Source: an uncultured Planctomycetaceae bacterium (lineage in GTDB: Bacteria > Planctomycetota > Planctomycetia > Isosphaerales > Isosphaeraceae). Taken from it: a stretch of 64,000 bases of DNA. Under the pieces are notes generated by a model. That model was not told the origin of the DNA and searched no databases. It saw only the letters and a program-made list of their open reading frames with translations. The stretch spans positions 2,368,001 through 2,432,000 of the forward strand of contig CAWIAD010000002.1 in assembly GCA_963833985.1 (NCBI GenBank), written 5' to 3'. Shown here piece by piece: positions 31,907-43,009 of the stretch. The number at the start of each line of letters is the position of its first letter. The stretch's first letter is position 1. The position numbers and the translations under genes were made by a program.

Positions 31907-34900
31907 ATGATCCAGTACCGCACAAAGCTTCATCGCCTGCTCTCCCTGGCCCCGCGCATCCGGCTATCACTACAACGCAGGGGGCTGCGGGCGCTGGCCC
32001 GGCGGTCCACGGTCAAGATCGCCCATCGGCTGGGGTGGGAGATCGCCGACCCATACCAGGACTGGGTGGAGGATACCCTTCCTGAGGCCAGAGCGCTGAC
32101 TGCCCAGCGCCACTGGTCGAATACGACTCGGGGGCTGCTCAGTCTGACTCTGATAATCAGATCAGCGTCGGGGAGCCGGGCGAAGCTTGCACGCACGCTC
32201 CGCACCCTGCGGCAGCAGACTTACGGTCACTGGTCCACCGTGGTTCTGGCAGACGGCGACTCGGAGCAGGAACTGTCGCAACAGCTCTCGGAGTCCGGTG
32301 CCGATTTCTTGGGCGTTCTTGAAGCGGGCGACACGCTCTCCCCTGAAGCACTCTACGAGTTCGCGCGAGCCATTCTTGCCGCAGGGCCCCAACCCGATGT
32401 GCTGTATTGCGACGAGGATCGCCTGGCTTCCAATGGAAGGACGCGGCGCAGTCCCATATTCAAGCCGAGCTGGTCGCCGGACACCGCGCTGGGATGCCAC
32501 TACACGGGACGGCTGACTCTGGCCCGGCTCGCCCTGGTGCGTGAGGTGGGGGGATATGATCCTTCGCTCGGCGATGCCGCGGAGTGGGATCTCTTACTGC
32601 GGCTCTCCGAGCGCACTGATCGCATCGTCCGCATTCCCCTCTGCCTCCTGCATCGAGGTGGGCCGGTCCGCTGCGGAGACGTCAAACTTCGCCAGCGGGT
32701 GCTCCAGGCGCATCTGGAGAGGACAGGAATGCCCCAGCCTCATGCCGTGGAACAACCTAACCAGACGTTTCGCGTTGGCTGGTCAATGAGCCGTTTCCCT
32801 ACGGTCAGTGTAATTATCCCCACTGTGGACAAGCCAGAATTGATCTCTCGCTGCGTCCACGATCTGCGCGAGAAGACCGACTATCCGAACCTGGAAATCA
32901 TCCTCGTTGACAGCGGCAGCACCGACCCGAGAACGCGCGCGCTTTACGACCAGTGGAAGCGCTCCGGGTGGGTATCCCTGGTGGAATGGAAGCGACCTTT
33001 CAACTACTCGGCTGCCTGCAACCGGGGGGCTGCATCGGCCAGTGGCGAGCTTCTGCTCTTCTTGAATAACGATATGGAGGTCATGGAAGCCGATTGGCTG
33101 GAGGAACTGGTGCGCTGGGCGGACCGTCCCGGCGTGGGCGTGGTGGGAACGAAACTACTCTATCCGCACGGTACGATCCAGCATGCGGGGGTTGGCCTGC
33201 AAAATCTCGGTACCTTGCTGTTCGTAAACGGATCAGACGACCGCAGCACGCCGCCGCCGGACACTCTCTTCGGCACCCCGAACGCATATCGCAACGTGAG
33301 CGCTGTAATCGGCGCTTGCCAGATCGTGAAGCGCAGTCTTTTCAATCTCATCGGCGGATACGACGAGCGGTCTCTGATCGCTTGCAGCGATGTCATTCTC
33401 TGCGTCAGGGCCGCGCAGCTCGGGTACCGCTGTTGCTATACGCCCTATGCGGCCCTGGTCCATCACGAGGGGAGCACACGAGGGCACTCCAACCCCGATG
33501 AGGATCTGGGCCTGCTCGCTTCGGTACTGCGGGAGACCGGGTACGAGGAGGATCCCTACGTTCACCCGGATCTGGATTATCGCGACGTGCAACCAGGGAT
33601 CCGTCCGATCTGGCTGGAGACCTCTGGCGAACAGTTGAGGCGGCGCATCGTGGAAATGACGCCTTTCGTATTTCCTCGAGAACCGGTCGCGATCGATCCA
33701 GCCTGGTCTGCGCGGCCGATGCTACGCAGGCTGTCGACTCGCTTCCCGCTCCGGGCAGCTTCCGCCGAGAGCGTCGGCCAGAGCAGTGCGGACGCTGCCT
33801 GGTTCGTCATCGAGTTGCTCCTCCATGACGAAAGCGTCTCCCAGCGCTTTCCGCACGCACTGTCCGCGGGGGCGGACGGCCCGTTCTGCCGCTGGCTCTG
33901 CACTGAAGCGATCGCTCAGCGCGAACTGCCCGGAGCAACGGCAGAAACATTCCGACTTGTATTCGAGTCGCAACCGGGGTCACAGGTGAGCCGGTTGCTC
34001 GATTACCGGGGGTTCGAGAACTGGTCGCTACGGATCGCCCGACTACCGCATCTCATCGACCAACTCGGAGCCTGGCTGCTTCAGAACAGCAGCCAAACAG
34101 GGATGCTCCATCAACAGATCTGGTGGTTCTTGCTGGAGGCCGCAGAGAGCCCGGTCCAGAACCTAATCCGAACGTACCTGGTCTCTCCTGGTTGGCAGAA
34201 GCATTTTCCCGACGCGCTGGGACGCTCCGGCTGGAGCCGGCTCAACGACTGGCTGCGGATTCGCTATGGACTCGACGCCCGCGAATGTGACATTTCGGAG
34301 TATGTACCATCCATTGCGATGGATCGGTCGCAGGCAGGATTCGGTCCATGGCCCGCTGGGGATCTCCCGTCGCCGCCGGCCGGACTGAATATCCTGGCGC
34401 ATTTCTGCACTCCATGCGGTATCCAGGCATCGGCGGTCTCGGTGCAACGTTCGCTGGAAATGGTCGGAGTCGGAACGTCCTGTCGAGATGTGATCACTGA
34501 AGCCCGCTCCTTGAAGCTCGACCGATCGCCTTATTTGGGCCTGGAAGTCTACCCTCAGACGCTGATTCACATCCAGCCCGACGCTTTTTTTGATCGCTGC
34601 TACGAGCGGGCGGAACTGGTCCCGCGTTCCGGCATCTACAAGATCGGCATGTGGTACTGGGAATTCGCAAAAGTACCTCCCAGATGGAAGCAGGCTGTGG
34701 AGTCAATCGATGAGTTCTGGGCTCCCTCTCGCTTCGTTGCTCGAGCGATGAGAGAGACTTTTGATGTACCCGTCATCGAGCTGATGCCAGGCGTGCAGGT
34801 TGGAGAGATCGCTCCCTTTGATCGCGCTCGCCTCCGCATCCCCGGGACGCATACGTTCTTCCTCTTTATATTTGATGCCGGAAGTGTCACCGAACGGAAG

Positions 34901-35498
34901 AACCCTCAGGGTGTGATCGAGGCCTTCCGCCGCGCATTCCGTGCGGACGACGACGCGACGCTCGTGATCAAGGCCGGAAACTTGAAGAAGGATCCCCACA
35001 CAGGAGCCGTGCTGCGTGAGGCCGCTCGAGCCAGTGCGACCCTTCTTCTTGAGGAACACTTGCCGAGAAGCGAATTAAACGGCCTCATGCAAGCTTGCGA
35101 CTGCTACGTATCGCTGCATCGGTCCGAAGGGTTCGGGCTCACCATGGCCGAGGCGATGCTGCTCGGTAAACCCGTGATTGGAACGGCATACTCGGCCAAC
35201 ACGGAATTCATGGATTCGAGTAACTCGCTGCTGGTGGATTACAAGCTCGTTCCCGTCGGGCGTCAGCTCGGTCCGTACTCGGACGACCTGATCTGGGCAG
35301 AACCCTCAATTGAACAGGCCGCTGAGGCCATGCGCTGGGTTCATGAAAACCGTGACCAGGCGCGACGTCTGGGCGAGGAAGCACGCAACTCCGCCGAGGA
35401 TCGGCTTTCCCTTCGGGCTGCCGGACAGAGATTTGCGCCGCCTCGAAGAGATCAGCTCGGATCGGCTGGCCAGACCTGCGTCAGTCAGGCGTTCCTGA
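31907..35498 (+). CDS. multidomain glycosyltransferase (GT2-GT2-linker-GT4), copy 1; 3' frameshift near 35435
   Basis: YCDED, VSVIIPT, FNYSAACN, LLFLNND, RKNP, YVSLHRSEGFGLTMAEAM; alternative frame RRLEEISSDRLARPASVRRS ends at 35498, matching the C-terminus of copy 2. Confidence 0.8.
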
Positions 35499-35500
35499 CC

Positions 35501-38500
35501 ATGATTCACGAGTGGAACCGATTCATGACCTGGCGGCAGAATACGATCATCGCGGTAGTGGAGCGAATCCCGAGGAACTTCCGGAAGCTTCAGAAGGTGA
35601 TCCGGCAGAAAGGGCTGGTCAGGACGTCAAGGCAAGGCTGGGCGCGTGTGCGACGGAGACTGCAAGACGGCAGCCCTTGGTCCCTGGGTCACTGGTTGAA
35701 ACAGCACCGCCGGGCCGGCCTTGCCGAGCGGCTGCAACAGCTCTGGAGAACGGCCCGCCGTCGCACGCGAGGGTCCTCCTCGACCGATTATCAGGGCTGG
35801 ATCAACGAAACCGAGCCCACGTCCAGGGAACTTGCACGCCAGCGCCGATGGTCGCGTACGGCGAACGACCTGCCGCAATTCCTGCTGATCATCACCAAGG
35901 AAGGATGCTCGGCGGAAGACGCGTCACGCACCGAGCGGAGCCTGAGGCGGCAGACCTATGATCGCTGGATGCCAGTCTTTACTCAATCGCTGTCGACTCT
36001 GAAAGCCGAGCAAACCGTTTTCGACTCAATGAAATACAACTTTGTGGGGGTCATGCAGGCGGGAGACACACTGTCTCCAGAGGCGCTCTACGAGTTCGCC
36101 CGAGCTGCCATCGAACTTCCCCACGACCGGCCGGCAATGATCTACTGCGATGAGGACCATCTGGCAGCCGATGGCTGGACCCGATCTGAGCCGATCCTCA
36201 AGCCTGCGTGGTCATCGGAGATGCTTCTGGGATACGATTACATGGGCCGGCTGACGCTCTTTCGCCGCGACCTCATGGAACAGGCCGGGGGATTCGACCC
36301 TGAACTGGGGGAGGCCGCGCTCTGGGACCTGAAGCTGCGCGTCTCGTGCCTGTCGCAGCACATCACCAGGATCACCAGGTGCCTCTACCACAATTGTGGC
36401 GAGACGGATCCCCGGCCACTGAACCGGAGCGAGTTTCAGGGCCGGTCTGCGCTCTTGGCTCATGTCGCTCGCCAGGGCATTACGTGTAGCGAGGCGGCTC
36501 TTCAGGCCAACGGCACCTTCCGCGTTCGCTGGCCGCTCACCGAGCACCCGCTCGTCAGCGTGATCATCCCGACGGTGAATAGCCCACACCGCATCGACAA
36601 GTGCGTTCGCGGGTTGATCGAGGCGACCGGCTATCCCAACAAGGAGATCATCCTCGTCGACAATGGGAGCACATGTGCGGAAACGCTCGCACTCTACGAC
36701 CATTGGCTGACGGAAGCAGCGGTCAAGACAATCTCCTTCGATCGGCCCTTCAATTACTCCGCTGCCTGCAATGCCGGCGCCGACGCCGCCACGGGAGACT
36801 ACCTGCTTTTCCTGAATAACGATATCGAATTCCCTGAGCCCGACTGGCTGGAAGAGCTTTTGATGTGGGCGCAGCGTCCCGGCGTGGGGATTGTCGGTCC
36901 CAGGATGATCCATCCCAGCGGTCAGCTCAACCACGCGGGGATCGCCGTAACTCTAGACGTGTATCTAAACTTGTACATTGATCAGGCCGAGGCCCGATGG
37001 GGAATCTTCGGCCACGCGGACACGTACCGGAATTTCTCAGGGCTGCTCGGCGCCTGCCATTTGATGTCACGCACGACATACAACCGCCTGGGGGGCTACG
37101 ACGAGCGTTACCTACTGGTGTGCAGCGACATCGCGATCTGCCTTGAGTCCTGCCGGGCAGGCCTGCGCAACGTTTACACGCCTTATTCCTTGCTGATTCA
37201 CGACGAGAGCACGACCCGTAAGGGTCTCGGAGACCCTGCGGACGACCGGAACCTGGCTGCCGCGGAGATCCTGCGTCACGGCTATCTGGAAGATCCCTAC
37301 TTCCACCCCGCACTCGGGGCTCGTGCGGTCTCACCAAGGCTACGATCGTCCTACGAGCCCAGTTCTGTAGAGTATTTTGCATGGCTTCGAACAAAGGATA
37401 ATCCGCGCGCCGTAGACGATATCAAGCTTGATATCTTTGATGACACATCCGTGCGGCGCGTAGCGGGCACGTGGCCGGCAGGCCTCGAGTGTGCGCCGGT
37501 AACCCCTGAGCGGATCGCCGCGGATGTTGATTCGGCCGCACGTTTCATCGTTCACCTTCTGCGCGCCGACACGGATTTGCGCCGGTCGTTCCCAAACGCT
37601 CTTTCCGCCGGATCTGAGGGCGACTTTTGTCGATGGCTGTGCTCACCGGAAGGACAGTCCCGGTATGGCCTTTCCTCCGCGGCTGTGACGAGGATCCGCG
37701 CGACGTTCGAGACAATGCAGTCATCGAGAATCCGGCAACTGTACGAGATGCGCGTCGATTTGCAGCTCTGCTTTCCACTCGCTTACCTGGCTGCCGGACG
37801 CGGTCGCTTCTTCCGCTGGCTGATCACCGAGGGTCGGGAGGAAATCGACATCGGCGATGGCGAGATCTGGTGGTTCCTTCTCGAGTGCGACGAGGATCAG
37901 GCACGTGAGCTGATCCGTACGTACCTGAACTCTCCATGGTGGCAACGGTTCTTTCCCGACGCCTTGACTCTGCCTGGGTGGGGGCGTTTCACCAGATGGC
38001 TGGAGGCCCGGCACGGCGTTGCCGCAATTGAAATCAACTATCGGCGGTACTCGGGCTTGAGACCCATCGACGAGCTGCATCTTGCCTACGGGTGTCGGGG
38101 AAACTGGCGCAGGGACTTCCCGGATGCCCTGCAAGACACGACGGCCTTGAATGAGCTTCTCAACGGGATTCGGGAGCACGAGGGAGCCGCCGACCAGCAG
38201 CTCGCGGAGTGGACCCGCCAGGTCCAGAACGATCTCGATGAGTCCTCTGGCATCCGGCAGGGCATCAATGTCCTGGCATTCTTTTGTTACCCGCATGGCC
38301 TTCAGGAGTCGGCCTCATCGTACGTGCGCTGCTTGCGACTTGCGGGTACGCCAGTCTCTTGCCGCGACGTTCCCATTCTCATCAGTCCGGAGAACCGCAA
38401 GCGGGATGAATTTCTCGGCCTGGAAATCTTTGACACCACGCTCATTCACGTGCAACCCGAGTCTCACTTTTCGAATGTCTATGAACGCGCGCTGCTGGCT

Positions 38501-39386
38501 CCGCGCCCGGATACGCACCGTATCGCCGTGTGGTGGTGGGAGACCGATGCCGTGCCCGACCACTGGAGGGAGACCGCCAGGTCCGTTCACGAGCTCTGGG
38601 CCGCGTCGCGCTTCGTTACCGAAGGGCTGCGCAAGACCGTCGAGGTTCCCGTGTTTCATATGCCGCTTGGTTATGAGACCGGCCCGGTGCGGAACATTGA
38701 TCTGGCCAGCTATGGTGTTCCGGCCGGTTCGTTTGTCTTCCTCTTCATCTTCGACTTCAATAGCACCCTGGCGCAAGAATCCGCTGGGGCTGATCTCGGC
38801 CTTCAGGCAGGCGTTTCAGAACGGGGAGCAGGTCGCACTGGTCCTGAAGGTCTCACGCGGCAAGAGCTTCCCCGAGGATTTCCAGCGTCTCGAGCGGGCG
38901 GCGAAAAAGGCCGGCGTGATTCTGATCGATCAGAGGCTTCCCCGGGACGAGCTCAACGGCCTGATTGCTGCATGCGATTGCTATGTCTCGCTGCACCGGA
39001 GCGAGGGCCTGGGTCTGACACTGGCCGAGGCCATGATGCTGGGCAAGCCCGCCATCGCCACGGCTTACTCGGGAAACCTCGATTTCATGGACGAAAGCAA
39101 TTCACTGCTCGTTGGATATGAGATGATCGAGATTGAAGAGGACTCCGGTCCCTACGGGAAGGGACAGCGCTGGGCCGAGCCATCCGTCGCGGAAGCCGCG
39201 CGGGCGATGCGCTGGGTCTTCGAGCATCCCCACGAGGCGCGATTGCTCGGCGAGCGGGCCCGAGAGACGACGATCCAGCATTTCTCACCGGAGTTGTGCG
39301 GGCGCCGGATGCGAGAGCGATTGGAGCAGATTCAATGCGAGCGCCGGAAACGGGTGAGCGCACGCCTCACGCGGACCGGTGTGTGA
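35501..39386 (+). CDS. multidomain glycosyltransferase (GT2-GT2-linker-GT4), copy 2; frameshift near 38770
   Basis: Same motif order as copy 1 (YCDED, VSVIIPT, FNYSAACN, LLFLNND); GT4 C-terminus RKNP...SLHRSEGLGLTLAEAM in ORF 38151..39386. Confidence 0.8.
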
Positions 39387-39564
39387 TCGGGGTCTCGAAA
39401 CTCGAGATTCAAGCAAACGGCGATCAAAGTGGCATTCGCGCGATCGCCGTGATGGGATCGGAAAACGTATGATGGACCACGAGAAGCTTTCGACCAGGAT
39501 TCCCGGGAAGCGATAACTTCAACATCCGTCTGAGGTTCCTGAAAACCTCTGGGCGTAAAGCAGG

Positions 39565-40743
39565 GTGAGCCTTGCGGCAATGAAACGAGTCGGAGTCATA
39601 GAGAAATCGCTGAACCCGCTATCGCGCCAAACATGGGTGTACGTCTGGTACAAGCTGCGGGCGATTCGCTACCAGATCGCTGACCGTGTGAACGCGCGGT
39701 CGGGATGGTGGGCGCGGAGGATCCGCTGGCCTCTCGGATTGGGAATGCCTGGTCACTGGAAGGAAATCCACGTCCTGCGAGTTGGCGGAATTGGTGATGC
39801 TCTGATGAGCATGCCTGCACTTCGGTTGCTCAAGAAAGAGCGGCCCGAAGTGCGGATCGTGTACTACACGCCGCACGCCGGCGCGGTACAGGGCTTGCCG
39901 TTCCTGGATGAGGTGCGGCCGGTCGAGGATTATCCTTTGCCGTCGGCCGTCTGGTCGCTGGCCACGCCGCGGGTCGTGTTGCATCTCCGCGTCGTGAGTG
40001 GCTATCGCCACGGCTACGTCGAACTTCTCTACGAGGCGTCCATCCCTCCGCAACGGCATATCGCGCGGATTTACGGCGATCAGCTCGGTCTCGACGTGCG
40101 CGACATCCGGCCTTCGTGCGTCTTTGACTTGAATGTCATCCAGGAATACAAGGATGCATGGACGAGGTTGCCGCGCCCCTGGGTGCTCATCAATCGAAAA
40201 ACGAACAACAGTCCGAACAAGGATTGGATGGACGAGAACTGGGATCATCTCATCACCGAACTGCTGAAACGCTACACGGTCATCGAGATCGGTGCGGGGC
40301 CCGACCATGGCGTCCGGCCCCAGCATCCGCACTATGTGGACCAGATCGGCAGGCTTTCCCTGGACCGGTTCCTGGCCGTGATCGCGGCCGCGGACCTGCA
40401 TGTGGGGCCGGTCTCCGGACCACTTCACATCGCCGCGGCCGCCGGCAAGCGCTCGGTCGTCATCTACGGCGGCTACGAACATCCCGACTGCTCGAGCTAT
40501 CCGGGAGACATCAATCTGTATACGGACTTGACTTGCTCCCCCTGCTGGCTGCTCACCGAACCGTGCCCGATCGACCGCGTCTGCCTGAGGAGGATTTCGA
40601 CCAGGCACGTCGAGGAAGCGATTCAATCCCTCATCCGGGCTGGATTACCGGATACCCACGGCCAGGTCGCTGTGCCTGTACTTTCGGATGCGCAGGCAAG
40701 CGTCTCGTCCCACGACACAGGTTCCCTTACCTATGAACCATAA
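39565..40743 (+). CDS. glycosyltransferase family 9 (heptosyltransferase-like)
   Basis: GGIGDALMSMPAL, NKDW, ADLHVGPVSGPLHIAAA, CSPC; paralog of 27148..28140. Confidence 0.87.
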   Translation: MSLAAMKRVGVIEKSLNPLSRQTWVYVWYKLRAIRYQIADRVNARSGWWARRIRWPLGLGMPGHWKEIHVLRVGGIGDALMSMPALRLLKKERPEVRIVYYTPHAGAVQGLPFLDEVRPVEDYPLPSAVWSLATPRVVLHLRVVSGYRHGYVELLYEASIPPQRHIARIYGDQLGLDVRDIRPSCVFDLNVIQEYKDAWTRLPRPWVLINRKTNNSPNKDWMDENWDHLITELLKRYTVIEIGAGPDHGVRPQHPHYVDQIGRLSLDRFLAVIAAADLHVGPVSGPLHIAAAAGKRSVVIYGGYEHPDCSSYPGDINLYTDLTCSPCWLLTEPCPIDRVCLRRISTRHVEEAIQSLIRAGLPDTHGQVAVPVLSDAQASVSSHDTGSLTYEP

Positions 40744-41851
40744 TCCATCAAGCGATATCGAATTGTATTTTCCTGTAAAAGACCGGGCATTTCACTGGGT
40801 ACGCAATGGCTCGCTCTATTCTCCCGCAGCGACGCAAAGGGGGATCAAGGTCCGCGCGATGTTTCGCGAGGAGGAAATGGGCGCGGGTGTGCCTGTGTTC
40901 GATCGTTTCGAGTCTGGCTTTTACTTTCGCAAGCTCCATTCGCTCTGCGTGTCCGCCGGCATCCCCTACCTGGTAGACCTGGATGACCTGATCTGGGATT
41001 TGCCGAAGTTCTCGAACCAGTACTACGCTCCCCCGAAGTACCTGCTGGAGTTCCCAGAGCAATTGATGTCGAGAGCGGCCGGCATCACGGTTTCCACTCT
41101 CGAGCTGAAGGAACAGGTTGAACACCGGTTCCCAGGCAGCCAAGTTTTCCTTGTCGAGAACTGCCTGCCGGCCTGGACCGCACCGAAGTCGGGTGCGCTG
41201 ATCGCGAATACGGACGCCTTCAAGATGGGCGAAGGTGAGGTGAGCTGGTTCATCGACTTGCTACGGCTGATTTTCGACCGCGGCCTGTCGATTCAGCTTC
41301 TGGGGCACAACCAGAATCTCCTGGAACGTTGCGGCGATATCGTGGTTCATTCTTTGCCGATGATGGAATACAAAGATTACCTTCACAACCTCGCCGTGAC
41401 GGACTACGCCCTGGGATTGATTCCGGTCGAGCAATCAATCCACGCCGACTGCAAGTCCGCCATCAAGGCGATCGAGTTCACCGCTCAGAGGGTGCCGACG
41501 ATCGCCAGCGACATTGCTCCCTACCGGCGCTTTGCCGATCGCCACGACATGGCTGATTTCGTGCTCGTTCCAAACACCTTCGAGGCATGGAGAAACGCCC
41601 TGGAAGCCCTCATTCGGCGAATTCCCGAACCCGAACTCGAGCGTGGTCGGAAGATTAACATGATGCTCAAGGCAACCCGGGATACTCAGCTCCAGCAGTG
41701 GCTTTGCGTGCTCGACTTCCTGCGGGATCGCCAGCCAGACGGTGCAATAATGAAGGCGGTTCGCCGCAAGCTGCGGCCCTACCGCTTCGCGTACAACAAT
41801 GTGCGGCCGATCCTGCTCCCCGTCCGAAGTTTCCTGCGAGGAGGTTCATGA
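40733..41851 (+). CDS. putative glycosyltransferase (GT-B/GT4-like)
   Basis: DLDDLIW, ITVSTLEL, CKSAIKAIEF...PTIASDIAPY; located inside the cluster. Confidence 0.7.
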   Translation: MNHNPSSDIELYFPVKDRAFHWVRNGSLYSPAATQRGIKVRAMFREEEMGAGVPVFDRFESGFYFRKLHSLCVSAGIPYLVDLDDLIWDLPKFSNQYYAPPKYLLEFPEQLMSRAAGITVSTLELKEQVEHRFPGSQVFLVENCLPAWTAPKSGALIANTDAFKMGEGEVSWFIDLLRLIFDRGLSIQLLGHNQNLLERCGDIVVHSLPMMEYKDYLHNLAVTDYALGLIPVEQSIHADCKSAIKAIEFTAQRVPTIASDIAPYRRFADRHDMADFVLVPNTFEAWRNALEALIRRIPEPELERGRKINMMLKATRDTQLQQWLCVLDFLRDRQPDGAIMKAVRRKLRPYRFAYNNVRPILLPVRSFLRGGS

Positions 41852-41882
41852 GCGGACGAGGGGAAATCGAGGAGTGCAGAAC

Positions 41883-42911
41883 ATGCCCAGAGTGACTGTA
41901 GTGACACCGAATTTCAATCATGCTCGTTATCTGCCACAGCGCATCGAGAGCATCCTGGGCCAGACATTTGACGACTTCGAGTTGCTGATCCTGGACAATG
42001 CCTCCACCGATCACAGCCGCGACGTTATCGAGCCGTACACGACGCACCCGCGAGTGCGTGCGGTGTATAATCCGACCAATAATGGTAGCCCGTTCAAACA
42101 ATGGAGCGTCGGGCTAACGCAGGCACGGGGAGACTACGTCTGGTTTGCGGAATCGGACGATTACGCCGAGAGAGTGCTGCTGGAGACACTCGTTGATCGG
42201 CTGGATTGTCATCCGTCCGTGGGACTTGCCGTCTGTCAATCGTTGCTCGTCGACGAGGATGGCCAAGTCCTGGGAACCAGTGGAGATCTCCTGGAAAAAC
42301 AAGATCACAGCACGCACTGGCGCAACGATTACGTCAACTCGGGCCACGACGAGTGCAGAAACTACATGTTCTGGCACAATACCATTCCGAACGCGAGCGC
42401 GGTGCTCTGGCGCCGACATACCTTGCTACAGTCCGCAGGAGTGCCTGTCGACATGGCCCTGTGCGGCGACTGGATGGCTTACATCAACATGCTCCAGGTA
42501 TCTGACATTGCTTACGTCGCGGCGCCCCTCAATCACTTCAGGCAGCACCAGGCCACAGTTCGTACGAGAGCAAAGCGCCAGGGAACCGGAACACGAGAAA
42601 CGCTGCGGGTACAACAGGCGCTCGCGAACCGCTACGGTCTGCGGAGCCTGCGTCGTGATGCCGACACGTTCGTCAGTCAATATGTTGCGGACCTTATCAA
42701 CGGCTCGCGCATGCCCCCCCATAACAAGGTGCCCCCAACCGATGCGCTCAGGCTACTCGGCTGGTTCGCACGGATTCATCCCAGGGCGTTCTCGCTGGGG
42801 CTGCGGACCCTGTCGTTGGAGCAAGCGGCGGACCTGGCTCGCCGGGCAGGGGTCCTGAAGCTAGCGCGCAAGCTCAAAGGTGCGACGACGGCCGGTGGCC
42901 GGCAGCCCTGA
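41883..42911 (+). CDS. glycosyltransferase family 2
   Basis: VTVVTPNFNH, LILDNASTD, NNGSPFKQW, WFAESDD, IPNASAV, CGDW. Confidence 0.92.
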   Translation: MPRVTVVTPNFNHARYLPQRIESILGQTFDDFELLILDNASTDHSRDVIEPYTTHPRVRAVYNPTNNGSPFKQWSVGLTQARGDYVWFAESDDYAERVLLETLVDRLDCHPSVGLAVCQSLLVDEDGQVLGTSGDLLEKQDHSTHWRNDYVNSGHDECRNYMFWHNTIPNASAVLWRRHTLLQSAGVPVDMALCGDWMAYINMLQVSDIAYVAAPLNHFRQHQATVRTRAKRQGTGTRETLRVQQALANRYGLRSLRRDADTFVSQYVADLINGSRMPPHNKVPPTDALRLLGWFARIHPRAFSLGLRTLSLEQAADLARRAGVLKLARKLKGATTAGGRQP

Positions 42912-43009
42912 TCGGAGGCTGTACCCATTGCAGTTCCGCACGCCGTACGGCCGGTCAGTTCGTCCGCGGCCGGCCCGTTCCAAAACGTCCATGGCTGGCC
43001 CGTCAGGTG

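Noticed and set aside
31871..39121. single 2416-aa giant glycosyltransferase
   Set aside because: A shifted frame gives a natural C-terminus and stop at 35498 matching the paralog's end, with a new ATG at 35501. The ORF's last part is also out of frame. Two genes fit better, although a true fusion cannot be excluded without reads.
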